A DNA stretch of 64,000 nucleotides from Bacteroidia bacterium (GTDB lineage Bacteria > Bacteroidota > Bacteroidia > B-17B0 > Aurantibacillaceae). The notes beneath the pieces are model-generated. The model ran no database searches. It saw only the letters and a list, made by a program, of their open reading frames with translations, and was not told where the DNA came from. This document shows positions 38,504 to 48,809 of the stretch, piece by piece. Location of the stretch: positions 53,503 to 117,502 of the forward strand of contig JALHPG010000003.1 of the NCBI GenBank assembly GCA_022842625.1, in the 5' to 3' direction. Both the position numbers and the translations under genes were made by a program. Every line of letters starts with the position of its first letter. Position 1 is the first letter of the stretch.

Positions 38504-40405
38504 ATGCAGAAATACTTATTTGTTCTTGTTTCTCTTTTTTGCTGTGTCCTTTCTAAGGGTCAGATCACAATTATTGGCCATAATGAACTTAATAATTCGC
38601 CTTTGTTAAATACCATCATTTATGTTAAGCAAGACGGTGTATTAAAGGAAACTATCAATACAAAATCATCTGCAAATTTTATGGTTAAATTAAAATTTGA
38701 TCATGATTACAGCATTTATTTTAATAATACAAAATGTCAAACCATGTTTTTGGAAGTAAAAGGAACTAACATTCCTTCAGAAAAACAGGAGATCAACATG
38801 GTGCATGAATTAAATATACCCTTTGTAATAAAAACCGATGAGGATATTGATACCACTGCATTTAGAAAAGCATTTTGCAGAATTGTTTTTGACGGAAACT
38901 CAAAAATGATAGCAGATAGCGCCTACAATTCAAAATTTAATAAAACAATTTTAAAAGGCACTCCGCAATTAACGGAAGTTAAAGAAAATGACCCTTCTCA
39001 GGAATTGCCTGTTATCATTTCCGGTCAAGTTTGTTTAAACAAAAATTTAAAATTGCCAATAACAAAACAACAGATAACGGCCATAGATAAAAACGGAAAA
39101 ACTTTAAAAACCACATCAAGCAACCGATTTGGTGCATTTACTTTTACAGGCATAAAGGCATCTGAAGTTGTAAAAATTAAAATTAGCGCTAAGGATGCCG
39201 AGTCTGCCACAGCTAAATTCACTCTTTTTAATTCAAACAAGATATTGGTTGCTGATGCAAAACCGGTTAACGGCAATTGTGAATGGAACCTTAAACCCGA
39301 AGAGCTTAAAAGTTTAATCAATAATCAATATACTTCAAACATTGGGGGTAAATTAGTATTAGCATCAGGACCACAAAAAAAATTCTTTGCTAATAAAACC
39401 ATTTATTTATGCAATAAATACAATACCATCATTCAAAAAACCACAACCAATGTGTTAGGCGCTTTTGTTTTTGAAGGACTAAAACCTGAAAGCGGTTACT
39501 TTTTGGGTGTTGACGGAAAAGAAGTTGGTTCCGGCGAAAAACTTGATCTTTTAAATAAAGACGATAATTATGTGAGGTTTTTTGATACCATTGCAGGAAA
39601 CAGAAAGTCATTAAAATTAAATACAAACTACAACGAAATGTTCAATTCTATTTCTATTAGCGAAGATGAAATGAAAATGAATGTGAATGCAAAAGTGTAT
39701 GGTGATCATAACACTAATCCTTTAGGAAAAATTAAAATTATTTTACTTAACGAAAACTATTTGGTTATAGATAGTGTATTAACAGATGATTTTGGCGCAT
39801 TTAAATTTAAATACTTACCATTTTTAAAACGTTTTTACTTAAGCGCAAACAATTCTGATAATGTTTTAGATGCCTTTAAAAATATTTTAATTTACACCTT
39901 AGACGATAAATTGGTTAAGATAATTACTAACGAGAAGGGAAAACGATTTATTTACAAACCTATTGAAGCAGAAATCAATAAAATAAAAGACATCGAACTA
40001 GATGATCCTTGGTTGGAATTAATAACTAAAAAAAATACAAAAAAAGATAACAATACAATTATTGAAAATATTTTATTTGAAACAAATAAAACTGACCTTT
40101 TACCGCAAGCGCAAGAGGTTTTAAATAAAGTTATTCTTGTATTGAAGACTAACAAATCCATAAAAATTGAAATTAGCGCACATACAGATAGTAAAGGAAC
40201 TGATGCCGACAACCTAAAACTAAGTCAATTAAGGGCAAAAACAGCTTTAAATTATATTATTGCAGGTGGCGTTGATATGGATAGAATAATTTCTATTGGA
40301 TACGGAGAAGGAAAACTTCTTAATAAATGTAGCGGTAATGTTCCTTGCAGCGAAATTGAACATGCTCAAAACAGACGAGTAGAATTTAAAATATTAGAAA
40401 ATTAA
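38504..40405 (+). CDS. OmpA-family peptidoglycan-binding protein with N-terminal beta-sandwich repeats
   Basis: ENILFETNK...ISAHTDSKGTDADNLKLSQLRA...GYGE...NRRVEF; repeated T(S/T)N..GAF.F.G(I/L)K segments. Confidence 0.88.
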   Translation: MQKYLFVLVSLFCCVLSKGQITIIGHNELNNSPLLNTIIYVKQDGVLKETINTKSSANFMVKLKFDHDYSIYFNNTKCQTMFLEVKGTNIPSEKQEINMVHELNIPFVIKTDEDIDTTAFRKAFCRIVFDGNSKMIADSAYNSKFNKTILKGTPQLTEVKENDPSQELPVIISGQVCLNKNLKLPITKQQITAIDKNGKTLKTTSSNRFGAFTFTGIKASEVVKIKISAKDAESATAKFTLFNSNKILVADAKPVNGNCEWNLKPEELKSLINNQYTSNIGGKLVLASGPQKKFFANKTIYLCNKYNTIIQKTTTNVLGAFVFEGLKPESGYFLGVDGKEVGSGEKLDLLNKDDNYVRFFDTIAGNRKSLKLNTNYNEMFNSISISEDEMKMNVNAKVYGDHNTNPLGKIKIILLNENYLVIDSVLTDDFGAFKFKYLPFLKRFYLSANNSDNVLDAFKNILIYTLDDKLVKIITNEKGKRFIYKPIEAEINKIKDIELDDPWLELITKKNTKKDNNTIIENILFETNKTDLLPQAQEVLNKVILVLKTNKSIKIEISAHTDSKGTDADNLKLSQLRAKTALNYIIAGGVDMDRIISIGYGEGKLLNKCSGNVPCSEIEHAQNRRVEFKILEN

Positions 40406-40416
40406 TACAGTATAAA

Positions 40417-40740
40417 ATGAAGACCTCAGAAATAACATTTAAAGTAACCGTTGATGAAAATAATTTACCTGTAAATATTGAATGGGACGCTCCAGATTCG
40501 GGAGAAAAAAGTAAATGCAAAAGTGTAATGATTGCCCTTTGGGATGAAAAAGAAAATAACACCTTACGTATTGATCTTTGGACGAAAGACATGATGGTTG
40601 ATGAAATGAAAAAGTTTTATCATCAAAACATTATGACTTTAACGGATACTTATTTGCGTGCAACAGGAGATTCAAAAACAGCCGATAGCGTTAAGGCCGT
40701 TTTTAATCAAGTAGGAAAAGAAATTGGCGTTTTAAAATAA
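40417..40740 (+). CDS. gldC: gliding motility protein GldC
   Basis: SEITFKVTVDENNLP...MIALWD...TLRIDLWTKDMMVDEMKKFYHQ...RAT. Confidence 0.9.
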   Translation: MKTSEITFKVTVDENNLPVNIEWDAPDSGEKSKCKSVMIALWDEKENNTLRIDLWTKDMMVDEMKKFYHQNIMTLTDTYLRATGDSKTADSVKAVFNQVGKEIGVLK

Positions 40741-40741
40741 A

Positions 40742-40760
40742 GCTTCAGTTTTTTGAAGCT
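40742..40760. terminator. small hairpin between convergent gldC and rsmD
   Basis: agcttca-gtttt-tgaagct. Confidence 0.45.
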
Positions 40761-40807
40761 AACAGGGATTAAATAATTAGCCATTTTATTATATAACGTG
40801 ATAACAA

Positions 40808-41359
40808 CTAAGTTGTTTTCCCTTCTTGTGTGCTCTGAAAAAAGCTAAAGTTTACATTACCATAACTTCTCTTCTGCACAAATCCTTCAAGAGTTTCAAG
40901 ATTGGTTCTTGGCCCGTGTTCTATAATTAGCCAACCATCAGTGTTTAACAGTTGTTTTTCAAAAACCAATTGTTGTATTGTTGGAATATTTTCAAGATCA
41001 TACGGCGGATCTGCGAATATCATATCAAATTTTTGATTACACTTTTTTAAAAAATCAAATACATCACTTTTAATTGCATCTATATCAAATTTTAATTCCT
41101 TACTGGTTGCTTTTAAAAAACCTACGCATTTAAAATTTTTATCAATGCTTAGTATTTGTTTACTGCCTCTTGATGCAAACTCCAATGAGATATGACCCGT
41201 GCCACTAAAAAGATCTAAAACTTTTGTTTCTGAGTAATCGATCTTATTATTTAAAATATTAAACAATCCTTCTTTAGCAAAGTCGGTTGTTGGTCTTACA
41301 GGCAGATCTTTTGGTACTTTTATAACTCTTCCCTGATGAGTTCCGCTAATTATACGCAC
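40808..41359 (-). CDS. rsmD: 16S rRNA m2G966 methyltransferase
   Basis: MRIISG...RPTTDFAKEGLFNIL, LDLFSGTG, FADPPY, YGNVNFSFF. Confidence 0.92.
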   Translation of the reverse strand: MRIISGTHQGRVIKVPKDLPVRPTTDFAKEGLFNILNNKIDYSETKVLDLFSGTGHISLEFASRGSKQILSIDKNFKCVGFLKATSKELKFDIDAIKSDVFDFLKKCNQKFDMIFADPPYDLENIPTIQQLVFEKQLLNTDGWLIIEHGPRTNLETLEGFVQKRSYGNVNFSFFQSTQEGKTT

Positions 41360-42207
41360 AAATATTGATTTAGTAAAGTGAAATAAAAGTGTTGTGGTAA
41401 TTTATTTAATTCGCCTTCCAATTTTAAATTTGAATTATGAACTACAAATTCTACGTGTTTTATATATTTTTTTATTGATATGATCAGTGAATCGTTTGTT
41501 TGAACTTGCCCTCCAATTAAAAGTTTAGTGTTTAAAGGATTTAAACTAAACTGCTCCATCATAAAAAGAAGGTAGTATAAAACATCTTCATTATTTTCGA
41601 AACTAAATACATTAAAAAACAAAAGATTGTTATTGCTTTTTGCAGCAATTTCAATTAATCCATCATTAATAATTAAAAACAAATCACAATTAATTAATGA
41701 GTGGTTGCTAAATAACAGTTCGATATTTATTGCACCTGAATGTTTGATTATGGCTTGAGCAAACGTTTTTTCTAAATTCTGAATCAACTCCTGATCAAAT
41801 GAGTAACAAAAATTTATATTATTTATAGTATGAAAATGCGGGTTTTTTATTTCGCTTACCCCGGTTGAAAATGTTAAAAGCTCTTTAATTTCGATCGCAC
41901 CCGAATAAGATTCAGGAACAATGGTAAAATCTTTACTGAGAATAGAAATAATGATCTTTTCGAATTTTTTTTGAGTTAATTGATAATTATTTATCAAAAA
42001 GCCTATTTTCTCTGTTAAATTTCCACCACCCGGAAGATTTATTAGTTCGATGTGGCACAATTGATGAATTACATCAAAATTTTGGTTTGTAATTGCGAAA
42101 ATGAAAGAATTTTGACTAATAAACACTGATAACGAACCTTTTTCATTCTCCTTAAAGGCTGTTTTATTGGTTAAAATCTGTTTTTCTTTATAATATTGGC
42201 CTAACAT
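41350..42207 (-). CDS. DUF3822 family protein
   Basis: LSVFISQNSFIFAI, FTIVPESY, FFNVFSFENNEDVLYYLLFMMEQ; immediately upstream of rsmD as is usual in Bacteroidota. Confidence 0.82.
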   Translation of the reverse strand: MLGQYYKEKQILTNKTAFKENEKGSLSVFISQNSFIFAITNQNFDVIHQLCHIELINLPGGGNLTEKIGFLINNYQLTQKKFEKIIISILSKDFTIVPESYSGAIEIKELLTFSTGVSEIKNPHFHTINNINFCYSFDQELIQNLEKTFAQAIIKHSGAINIELLFSNHSLINCDLFLIINDGLIEIAAKSNNNLLFFNVFSFENNEDVLYYLLFMMEQFSLNPLNTKLLIGGQVQTNDSLIISIKKYIKHVEFVVHNSNLKLEGELNKLPQHFYFTLLNQYLCV

Positions 42208-42316
42208 TTCGTAACAAAGCTAAGGTATTCTTAAAAATAAAAAATTTTTTTTTTAAACCAATTAAACCTTTTTGTACTTTTATTATCATAGAAGAAATAC
42301 TAAAAAAACAGAAAAA

Positions 42317-43261
42317 ATGAAAACTTCAAAAATTTATTTAGGACTTGCAATTACTTTATTAGCCGGAGCTGTTACTTTTAGCTCGTGTCGCAAAAAAGAA
42401 AAAACCGATGCAACACCTGCCGATACTGAACAATCAACTGCTACCGATAACAACTTAGCCGAAAATACATCTAACGATATTGTGGCTATGGGAAGTCAGG
42501 TATGTGAAAATGGCTCACTATCTATGTTTAAAACAGAGGGAAATGGCATTTTAAGTATATCCCCTTGCGCCACAATTACTGCTAATACAAGTGCTAAAAC
42601 ATATACAGTAGATTTTGGAACAACCGGATCATGTGTTGGAACAGATGGAAGAAAACGTACAGGTAAATTGTTCTTTAATTTTTCAGCCTCATCTCCATCT
42701 ACAGCAATTTATTACCGTAACCCGGGTTTTAGCATGAGCGTTACCAGTTCTAATTATGTTGTTGATGGCAACCAAGTAAACGTTATTAATAAAACCGTAA
42801 AAAACACAACTCCACTTTCTATTCCTGCCGGCCCTTACCCTCCGTATAATTTAACATGGTCGGTAACTGCCCAAATTTCAATTGTAAAGGCAAATAATGG
42901 CGGAACTATTTCTTGGACATGTAATCGTACTAAAGAATTACTAAGTTCTGGTGATCCTCTTTGTTATAACGGTCAAAGTTCACCTATTAACTGGACCAAG
43001 GCAAAGGTTAAACTAAATGGAACTGCAACAGGCGTAAACGCTAAGGGCGAAAACTTTACTGCAACTGCTAAAGATCTTGTAAGAGATTTTACTTGTACAC
43101 CTGATAATACTAAACCACACCGTCATCCTTTTATTAGCGGTACAATTGAATATACTCCCGGTAATCGCCCAACTCGTTTTATTGATTTTGGAAACGGAAC
43201 TTGTGATTTTGGTGGCACAGTAACAATTAATGGCCAATCGTTTACTTTTACTCTACAATAA
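42317..43261 (+). CDS. lipoprotein, hypothetical
   Basis: ATG 42317; lipobox GAVTFSSC; TVDFG..CVGTDGRKRTGK and IDFGNGTCD motifs. Confidence 0.8.
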   Translation: MKTSKIYLGLAITLLAGAVTFSSCRKKEKTDATPADTEQSTATDNNLAENTSNDIVAMGSQVCENGSLSMFKTEGNGILSISPCATITANTSAKTYTVDFGTTGSCVGTDGRKRTGKLFFNFSASSPSTAIYYRNPGFSMSVTSSNYVVDGNQVNVINKTVKNTTPLSIPAGPYPPYNLTWSVTAQISIVKANNGGTISWTCNRTKELLSSGDPLCYNGQSSPINWTKAKVKLNGTATGVNAKGENFTATAKDLVRDFTCTPDNTKPHRHPFISGTIEYTPGNRPTRFIDFGNGTCDFGGTVTINGQSFTFTLQ

Positions 43262-43282
43262 TTAAAAAACAAAAAAAGTTAT

Positions 43283-43311
43283 AAAGCCACCCTAATTAGG
43301 GTGGCTTTTTT
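43283..43311 (+). terminator. intrinsic terminator
   Basis: aaagccacccta-at-tagggtggcttt followed by T residues. Confidence 0.82.
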
Positions 43312-43329
43312 ATTTACATTTAATCATTC

Positions 43330-44754
43330 ATGTCTGCCATAAATTCATCCAACGAATTTGAAAAAATAGTTTCCGGTTATCTTCCTTTTGTTGCAAACGA
43401 AGATCAAAAAATTGCTATTAAAAAAATCTCAGAATTTATTTTTAATAAAGATGAGCGGAGTGTTTTTATATTAAGAGGATATGCAGGAACCGGTAAAACA
43501 AATCTTATTTCAGCTTTTACAAAAGCCTTACCCGGCATAAAATGGCGCAGTGTTTTATTAGCACCAACAGGCAGGGCCGCAAAAGTACTTGGCATGTACT
43601 CTCAAAAAATAGCGCAAACAATTCATAAAAAAATTTTCAGAAAACAAATTGGTTCCGATGGTTCTTTTCATTTTTCATTATCAGAAAATTTACATAAACA
43701 CACATTATTTATTGTAGATGAGGCTTCGATGATAAGTGCTGACTCGGGGGGGCAAAATTTATTAAATAGTTTATTAGAAAATTTGTTTGAATACGTTTAT
43801 AGTGGCGATAATTGTAAATTAATTTTAATTGGCGATACTGCTCAGTTACCACCAGTTGGCAGTAACGAAAGCCCGGCGCTAAATGAACATTACCTAAAAA
43901 CCGCATTTCATTTAAATATTAATTTCTTTGAATTAAAAGAAGTAGCAAGACAAAGATTAGAAAGCGGAATATTATTAAACGCAACAAACATTAGAAACAA
44001 TATTGGCAACCAAGAATTTGAATTCCCAAAATTAATATGTGGTAACGATGTAATAAATTTACCCGGCGATGAATTGGAAGATTGTATCAATTCAGCAATT
44101 TCAAAATATGGCGAAGAAAATGTGGTAATTATAACACGAAGTAATAAACGAGCGAATTTATTCAACCAAAGTTTTAGAAACAGAATTAAATTATATGAAG
44201 AAGACATTTGTACAGGTGATAAAATAATGGTGGTAAAAAACAATTATTTTTGGTTGCCTGAAAATAACGGAGAAGCGGGTTTTATTGCAAATGGCGATAT
44301 GGCAGAAATAACACGTTTAATTAATAGAGAAAATTTATATGGTTTTAATTTTTGTGAATGTCAAGTACGCTTTATTGATTACCCTAATTTACCTGAGCAG
44401 CAAGTAAAAATAATTACTGATACCCTTTTTACAGATAATCCCTCGTTAAGCCAGGCCGAACAAAAACAATTATTTGAATCTGTTTTAGACGATGTAAGAG
44501 ATGAGCCAATTAAAGGAATAAGAATGGCGTATTTAAAAAACAGTCCTTACTATAATGCACTTCAGGTAAAATTTAGTTATGCCATAACTTGCCACAAATC
44601 TCAAGGTGGCCAATGGCCAATCGTATTTATTGATCAAGGTTTTTTAAAGGAAGAAAATATAGATGAAAATTTTCTGCGATGGTTATATACTGCAATTACG
44701 AGAGCAACTGAAAAAGTGTATTTAATTAACTTTAACAGTTTGTTTTTCAATTAG
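43330..44754 (+). CDS. SF1 RecD-like helicase/ATPase
   Basis: GYAGTGKT, LLAPTGRAAKV, IVDEASMI, GDTAQLPPV, RQ, YAITCHKSQGGQW, YTAITRA. Confidence 0.88.
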   Translation: MSAINSSNEFEKIVSGYLPFVANEDQKIAIKKISEFIFNKDERSVFILRGYAGTGKTNLISAFTKALPGIKWRSVLLAPTGRAAKVLGMYSQKIAQTIHKKIFRKQIGSDGSFHFSLSENLHKHTLFIVDEASMISADSGGQNLLNSLLENLFEYVYSGDNCKLILIGDTAQLPPVGSNESPALNEHYLKTAFHLNINFFELKEVARQRLESGILLNATNIRNNIGNQEFEFPKLICGNDVINLPGDELEDCINSAISKYGEENVVIITRSNKRANLFNQSFRNRIKLYEEDICTGDKIMVVKNNYFWLPENNGEAGFIANGDMAEITRLINRENLYGFNFCECQVRFIDYPNLPEQQVKIITDTLFTDNPSLSQAEQKQLFESVLDDVRDEPIKGIRMAYLKNSPYYNALQVKFSYAITCHKSQGGQWPIVFIDQGFLKEENIDENFLRWLYTAITRATEKVYLINFNSLFFN

Positions 44755-44846
44755 TTACGAATCTGTTAACTATTACTTTGCATAAATACATCAATTTGCT
44801 TATGGTTCTGTTAGTTTTTTTCCCTATTTTTATTCAGTAAACTCAA

Positions 44847-45788
44847 ATGAGAAAGGTCCTTTTTTTATTCACCGCATGTTTGTTTGTCCTAATTACTGAG
44901 GCTCAGAATTTTACGCGACCTGGTGATTGGAAAAAATTCAGGAAAGAAATTTTTATTAGTGCCGGAACTTCTAACTTTTTGGGTGACCTTGGAGGTAGAG
45001 ATCAAATTGGAAAAGATTACAGTCCTGTAGATCTAGAACTTTCTCAAACAAAAACTGCTTTTGGTCTTGGCTACCGCTACAAATTAACCCCTTGGTTAAA
45101 CGTTGTAGGAAAATTTAATTATCTAATTGTAAAAGGAGATGATGCTCTTACACAAGAGCAATTTAGAAATAATAGAAATTTAAATTTTAAATCTAATATT
45201 TTTGAATTAGCCGGCAGGGTTGAAATTGGTTACCAGTCTAGTAAAACAGGAAACAGATACGGAATAAAAAGAACCTTAAATAGAAGACATAAGTCAAACA
45301 ATCATTCTTTCTTTGTATTTGCCGGCATAGGAGGTTTTTACTACAACCCTAAAGGCAAAACTCCACAAGGTAAATATATTAACCTAATGCCCTTGCATAC
45401 CGAGGGGCAAGGCCTGCCGGGTGGCCCAAAAAAATACACAAATTACAGTATTTGTATTCCACTTGGAGCATATTATAAAATGACAATAAATAAGCAATGG
45501 ACAGTTGGTTTAGAATTTGCTTGGCGCAAAACTTTTACGGATTACATTGACGATGTTGGTACAACCTATTATGATTCTCGTGCTTTAACTGCAGCATATG
45601 GCCCATTATCTGCACAAATGGCCGATCCAAATAAAGGTCTAGTTTACGGTCAAACATTACCGGATTCTCAAGGGATTAGTGCGCAACGTGGCGACGATGA
45701 AAAAGATTCATATATGACGCTTGAAGTAACTGTAGGTTACATTTTTAAACAAAAACGTAAGCGTGCAAGATTAAGAAGTAAATTCTAA
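44847..45788 (+). CDS. DUF6089 / PorG-like outer-membrane beta-barrel protein
   Basis: GTSNFLGDLGG, RNLNFKSNIFE, LHTEGQG, TFTDYIDDV, QRGDDEKDSY. Confidence 0.75.
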   Translation: MRKVLFLFTACLFVLITEAQNFTRPGDWKKFRKEIFISAGTSNFLGDLGGRDQIGKDYSPVDLELSQTKTAFGLGYRYKLTPWLNVVGKFNYLIVKGDDALTQEQFRNNRNLNFKSNIFELAGRVEIGYQSSKTGNRYGIKRTLNRRHKSNNHSFFVFAGIGGFYYNPKGKTPQGKYINLMPLHTEGQGLPGGPKKYTNYSICIPLGAYYKMTINKQWTVGLEFAWRKTFTDYIDDVGTTYYDSRALTAAYGPLSAQMADPNKGLVYGQTLPDSQGISAQRGDDEKDSYMTLEVTVGYIFKQKRKRARLRSKF

Positions 45789-45833
45789 TTTTTTTCTGTT
45801 TATTTTCTTTCATTTATTTTTAGTTAAACAATT

Positions 45834-46349
45834 ATGAGTTTTTCCCTAAGACCATGGGCAATGGATGATCTAGAAAGTTTGGTGAAATTTGCAAACAACA
45901 AAAACATTGCAAACTACATGACCAACAAATACCCACATCCTTACACTAAAGAAAACGGAATTCAATTTATTGAGTTTGCATCAAAACAAAACCCGCAAAA
46001 TATTCTTGCTATAGAAATAAAAGGCCAAGCGGTTGGTGGTATTGGCATTCATCCGCAAGACGATATTCATTGCAAGAATGCAGAATTAGGTTATTGGTTA
46101 GCCGAACCTTTTTGGGGACAAGGAATTACAACAAAAGCAATTATTAAAATGGTAGATTACAGTTTTATGAATTTTGATATTACCAGAATATTTGCAAGAC
46201 CATTCGGCACAAATTCAGCTTCACAAAGGGTACTCGAAAAAGCAGGTTTTAAATTGGAAGCGCGTTTTGAAAAAACACTTTTTAAAAATGGTGAATTTAT
46301 TGATGAGTTAATTTATGCCATAAGAAGAGAGGTTAATCCAATTAAATAA
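45834..46349 (+). CDS. GNAT N-acetyltransferase, RimJ/RimL family
   Basis: AELGYWLAEPFWGQGITT, NSASQRVLEKAGFKLE. Confidence 0.9.
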   Translation: MSFSLRPWAMDDLESLVKFANNKNIANYMTNKYPHPYTKENGIQFIEFASKQNPQNILAIEIKGQAVGGIGIHPQDDIHCKNAELGYWLAEPFWGQGITTKAIIKMVDYSFMNFDITRIFARPFGTNSASQRVLEKAGFKLEARFEKTLFKNGEFIDELIYAIRREVNPIK

Positions 46350-46466
46350 ATCGATTTAAATTTATGGCGTGAAAAAAAATGGTGATAAGTTTTTAAAAAA
46401 CGGAAATTTCAAAAAATGAATAGTTGTACATTTAGTCATCAAATTTTAATCACAAAAATCTCTATC

Positions 46467-47141
46467 ATGAAGAAATTAGTCTACTTGTTATTTGCTCTAC
46501 TTATCCTAAGTAACAATCAATCAAACGCGCAAAATAATAAAAACAAAAAAAATAATTCCTCTAGTTCAAGTTCAGCATCATCAGGAGGAGGTTGTTTTAA
46601 CGAAAGCAGTAAGATCTTAAATATTGGAATTGGTTTTGGCGGAAGGTCATATTATAACTACAATAATGGCTACAGAGGATCTAAATACCGCTCAAGTCCG
46701 GCGTTTGGAATAAGTTATGAGCAGGCATTAAAAGAAAAGGTTGGCCCTGGATTCTTAGGTATAGGTGCATATCTTGGATACCAAAGTGCTTATTGGCAAT
46801 ACGATTGGGATTATAATAATAATAACAATTACTATTATTATAAACACAAGTGGAAGTATATGTTTTTTGCAGCAAGAGCGGCATACCATTTAGATGCCTT
46901 GAATTTTGAAAAAGGTGAAATATATTTTGGTGCTTTACTTGGATTGAGGTATACAAGCTATTCGTATGAAACAAATAGTCCTGATCCAAACAAAAACTCT
47001 TACCAATTAAAAAACAGCAGTTTATGGCCAAGTTATTCCGGCTTTATTGGAGGTCGTTATTATTTGGCTCCAAAAATTGCCGTTTACGGAGAGATAGGCT
47101 GGGCTTCATGGCTAACTGTTGGAGCAAGTTTTAAATTGTAA
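46467..47141 (+). CDS. outer-membrane beta-barrel protein
   Basis: ATG 46467 with signal peptide; alternating aromatic strands; C-terminal VYGEIGWASWLTVGASFKL. Confidence 0.75.
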   Translation: MKKLVYLLFALLILSNNQSNAQNNKNKKNNSSSSSSASSGGGCFNESSKILNIGIGFGGRSYYNYNNGYRGSKYRSSPAFGISYEQALKEKVGPGFLGIGAYLGYQSAYWQYDWDYNNNNNYYYYKHKWKYMFFAARAAYHLDALNFEKGEIYFGALLGLRYTSYSYETNSPDPNKNSYQLKNSSLWPSYSGFIGGRYYLAPKIAVYGEIGWASWLTVGASFKL

Positions 47142-47160
47142 TATTTTAGTTTAATAAATA

Positions 47161-47193
47161 AAAAAAGGTCAGTTTTAAAATTGACCTTTTTTT
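47161..47193 (+). terminator. intrinsic terminator
   Basis: aaaaaaggtca...tgacctttttt. Confidence 0.75.
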
Positions 47194-47258
47194 ATGCCCA
47201 AAAAAATGTAATTTCATATCAGGTTAATTAAAAATTCACTTTACTTTTTTTCAAAAAA

Positions 47259-48632
47259 ATGACTAATACTAAAATGGCTATTCATAAATTTTCAATAGTT
47301 TACATTTTTATATTTTCTTTTATTTCCAACAGTTTATTATCACAAAAAAAAACAACTACATCTGAATTAAAAATTAATGACTCTCCCCCATCCATTTCTA
47401 CTAATCCGTCAAATTGCAGTTCCTCATCAGAAGCTTATCAAAAAAAATACAAACAACAATCGTTTTATGTTCCTAAAAATAAGGATCAGGTAATAACTTT
47501 AAAAATTACTGTTCATGTGTTTAAACCCATTGAGGATGTTGGCAGATGGCAAATGAACGATAACAAAATTAACGGATTGCCGGTTTTAAAAACATTGTTG
47601 GATTCTATTACCAACGGCAATCAAGAAAGGTATTCTGCAGAAAGGCATGCTACCTACCAAATGCAGGATTTTACACCCCGCTACATTTGCGATTCTAAAA
47701 TACAATACGAAATAACAAATATTTATTTTTATCCGAACGAAGAATTGTATGTTAGTTATAACGATGAGGCATTATTTAACTTCATTGAAAAAACAGATTC
47801 TAATCGCATCAAAGAAGGTATGCCCTTAGTCTTTAATGGCAGCAATGGGCCCGGGCATCTCTCCAGCTATAAAGGCAATGCAGCATTAGTTACTACTTTG
47901 CAGGGACAAGATCTTGTTTTTGGACGATCGCATTTACTCCACGAAATTGGTCATGCTTTTGGATTAGGACATACCTATGTTAATAGCGGAGGTGGTGGCT
48001 CAGACTGGCAAAACTTTAATGCCCCCTGTGGATCGATGGATTATTTAAGTGATGTGTTTCCAAATAATAATCCTGCTTGTCAGCATGAAAAAGAAGCAAC
48101 AACAATTCCTGATAACGCACCTTGTTTTTCTTGTTATGAATCTACACCGGACACGAGTAATAATTTAATGGGCGGACAACGCTATAACAGATGGATGTCA
48201 CCTTTGCAGATGGGACGAAGAATACGAAGCATGCATATCAATTCGAACCTAGGGCGCAACATAAGGCACTATGCAAAAGATATGGAAAGTGATCATAAAC
48301 ATGTTTGGAAAATATCTTCTGACGAGATCTGGGATTTTGACATTCAATTGTACAAAGACATTGTTGTAAAAAAAGGAGTAACACTTACCATTAAATGTAA
48401 AACGGCTATGGCAATTAATGGAAAAATTAAATTAGAAAAAAACGCTAAGTTAATTGTTGATGGCGGCGAAATTACCGGTTGGTGTAAAACCGATACCTGG
48501 CAAGGCATTCAGACTCCTACAATAAAGAAAAAAAATAAAGATGATAAAACGATCGATCCGATTTTAATTAAACTAATTAACGGCGGAAAAATAAGTAAAG
48601 CCAAAATTCAAATGCCAATTGGCACTAAATAA
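47259..48632 (+). CDS. zinc metalloprotease, metzincin (M43/pappalysin-like)
   Basis: HEIGHAFGLGH (HExxHxxGxxH) and Met-turn SNNLMGG; signal peptide. Confidence 0.78.
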   Translation: MTNTKMAIHKFSIVYIFIFSFISNSLLSQKKTTTSELKINDSPPSISTNPSNCSSSSEAYQKKYKQQSFYVPKNKDQVITLKITVHVFKPIEDVGRWQMNDNKINGLPVLKTLLDSITNGNQERYSAERHATYQMQDFTPRYICDSKIQYEITNIYFYPNEELYVSYNDEALFNFIEKTDSNRIKEGMPLVFNGSNGPGHLSSYKGNAALVTTLQGQDLVFGRSHLLHEIGHAFGLGHTYVNSGGGGSDWQNFNAPCGSMDYLSDVFPNNNPACQHEKEATTIPDNAPCFSCYESTPDTSNNLMGGQRYNRWMSPLQMGRRIRSMHINSNLGRNIRHYAKDMESDHKHVWKISSDEIWDFDIQLYKDIVVKKGVTLTIKCKTAMAINGKIKLEKNAKLIVDGGEITGWCKTDTWQGIQTPTIKKKNKDDKTIDPILIKLINGGKISKAKIQMPIGTK

Positions 48633-48645
48633 AACACTAAAACTT

Positions 48646-48789
48646 TAAACCACATAGAAATATAGAAAAGTAAAACAACTTATAAGGGATCAAAGCATCA
48701 TAAAGAGGAAGCGAGGCTTCCTATCCTATGTTAGCTTAATAAATTTATAAATTAACCCTAATAAAACCTATGTACCTACGTGGTTAAAT
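48646..48789. repeat. CATAG/CTATG-type structured repeat, family B, copy 1
   Basis: Left arm aaccacatagaaatatag (48648-48665); right arm ctatgtacctacgtggtt (48768-48785); internal hairpin aggaagc-gag-gcttcct (48706-48722). Confidence 0.8.
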
Positions 48790-48795
48790 TTTAAT

Positions 48796-48803
48796 TAGAT
48801 TTG
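48796..48803 (+). promoter_or_regulatory. -7 promoter element (TAgaTTTG) of the OsmC gene
   Basis: Consensus match ending 6 bp before ATG 48810. Confidence 0.5.
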
Positions 48804-48809
48804 ACTATT

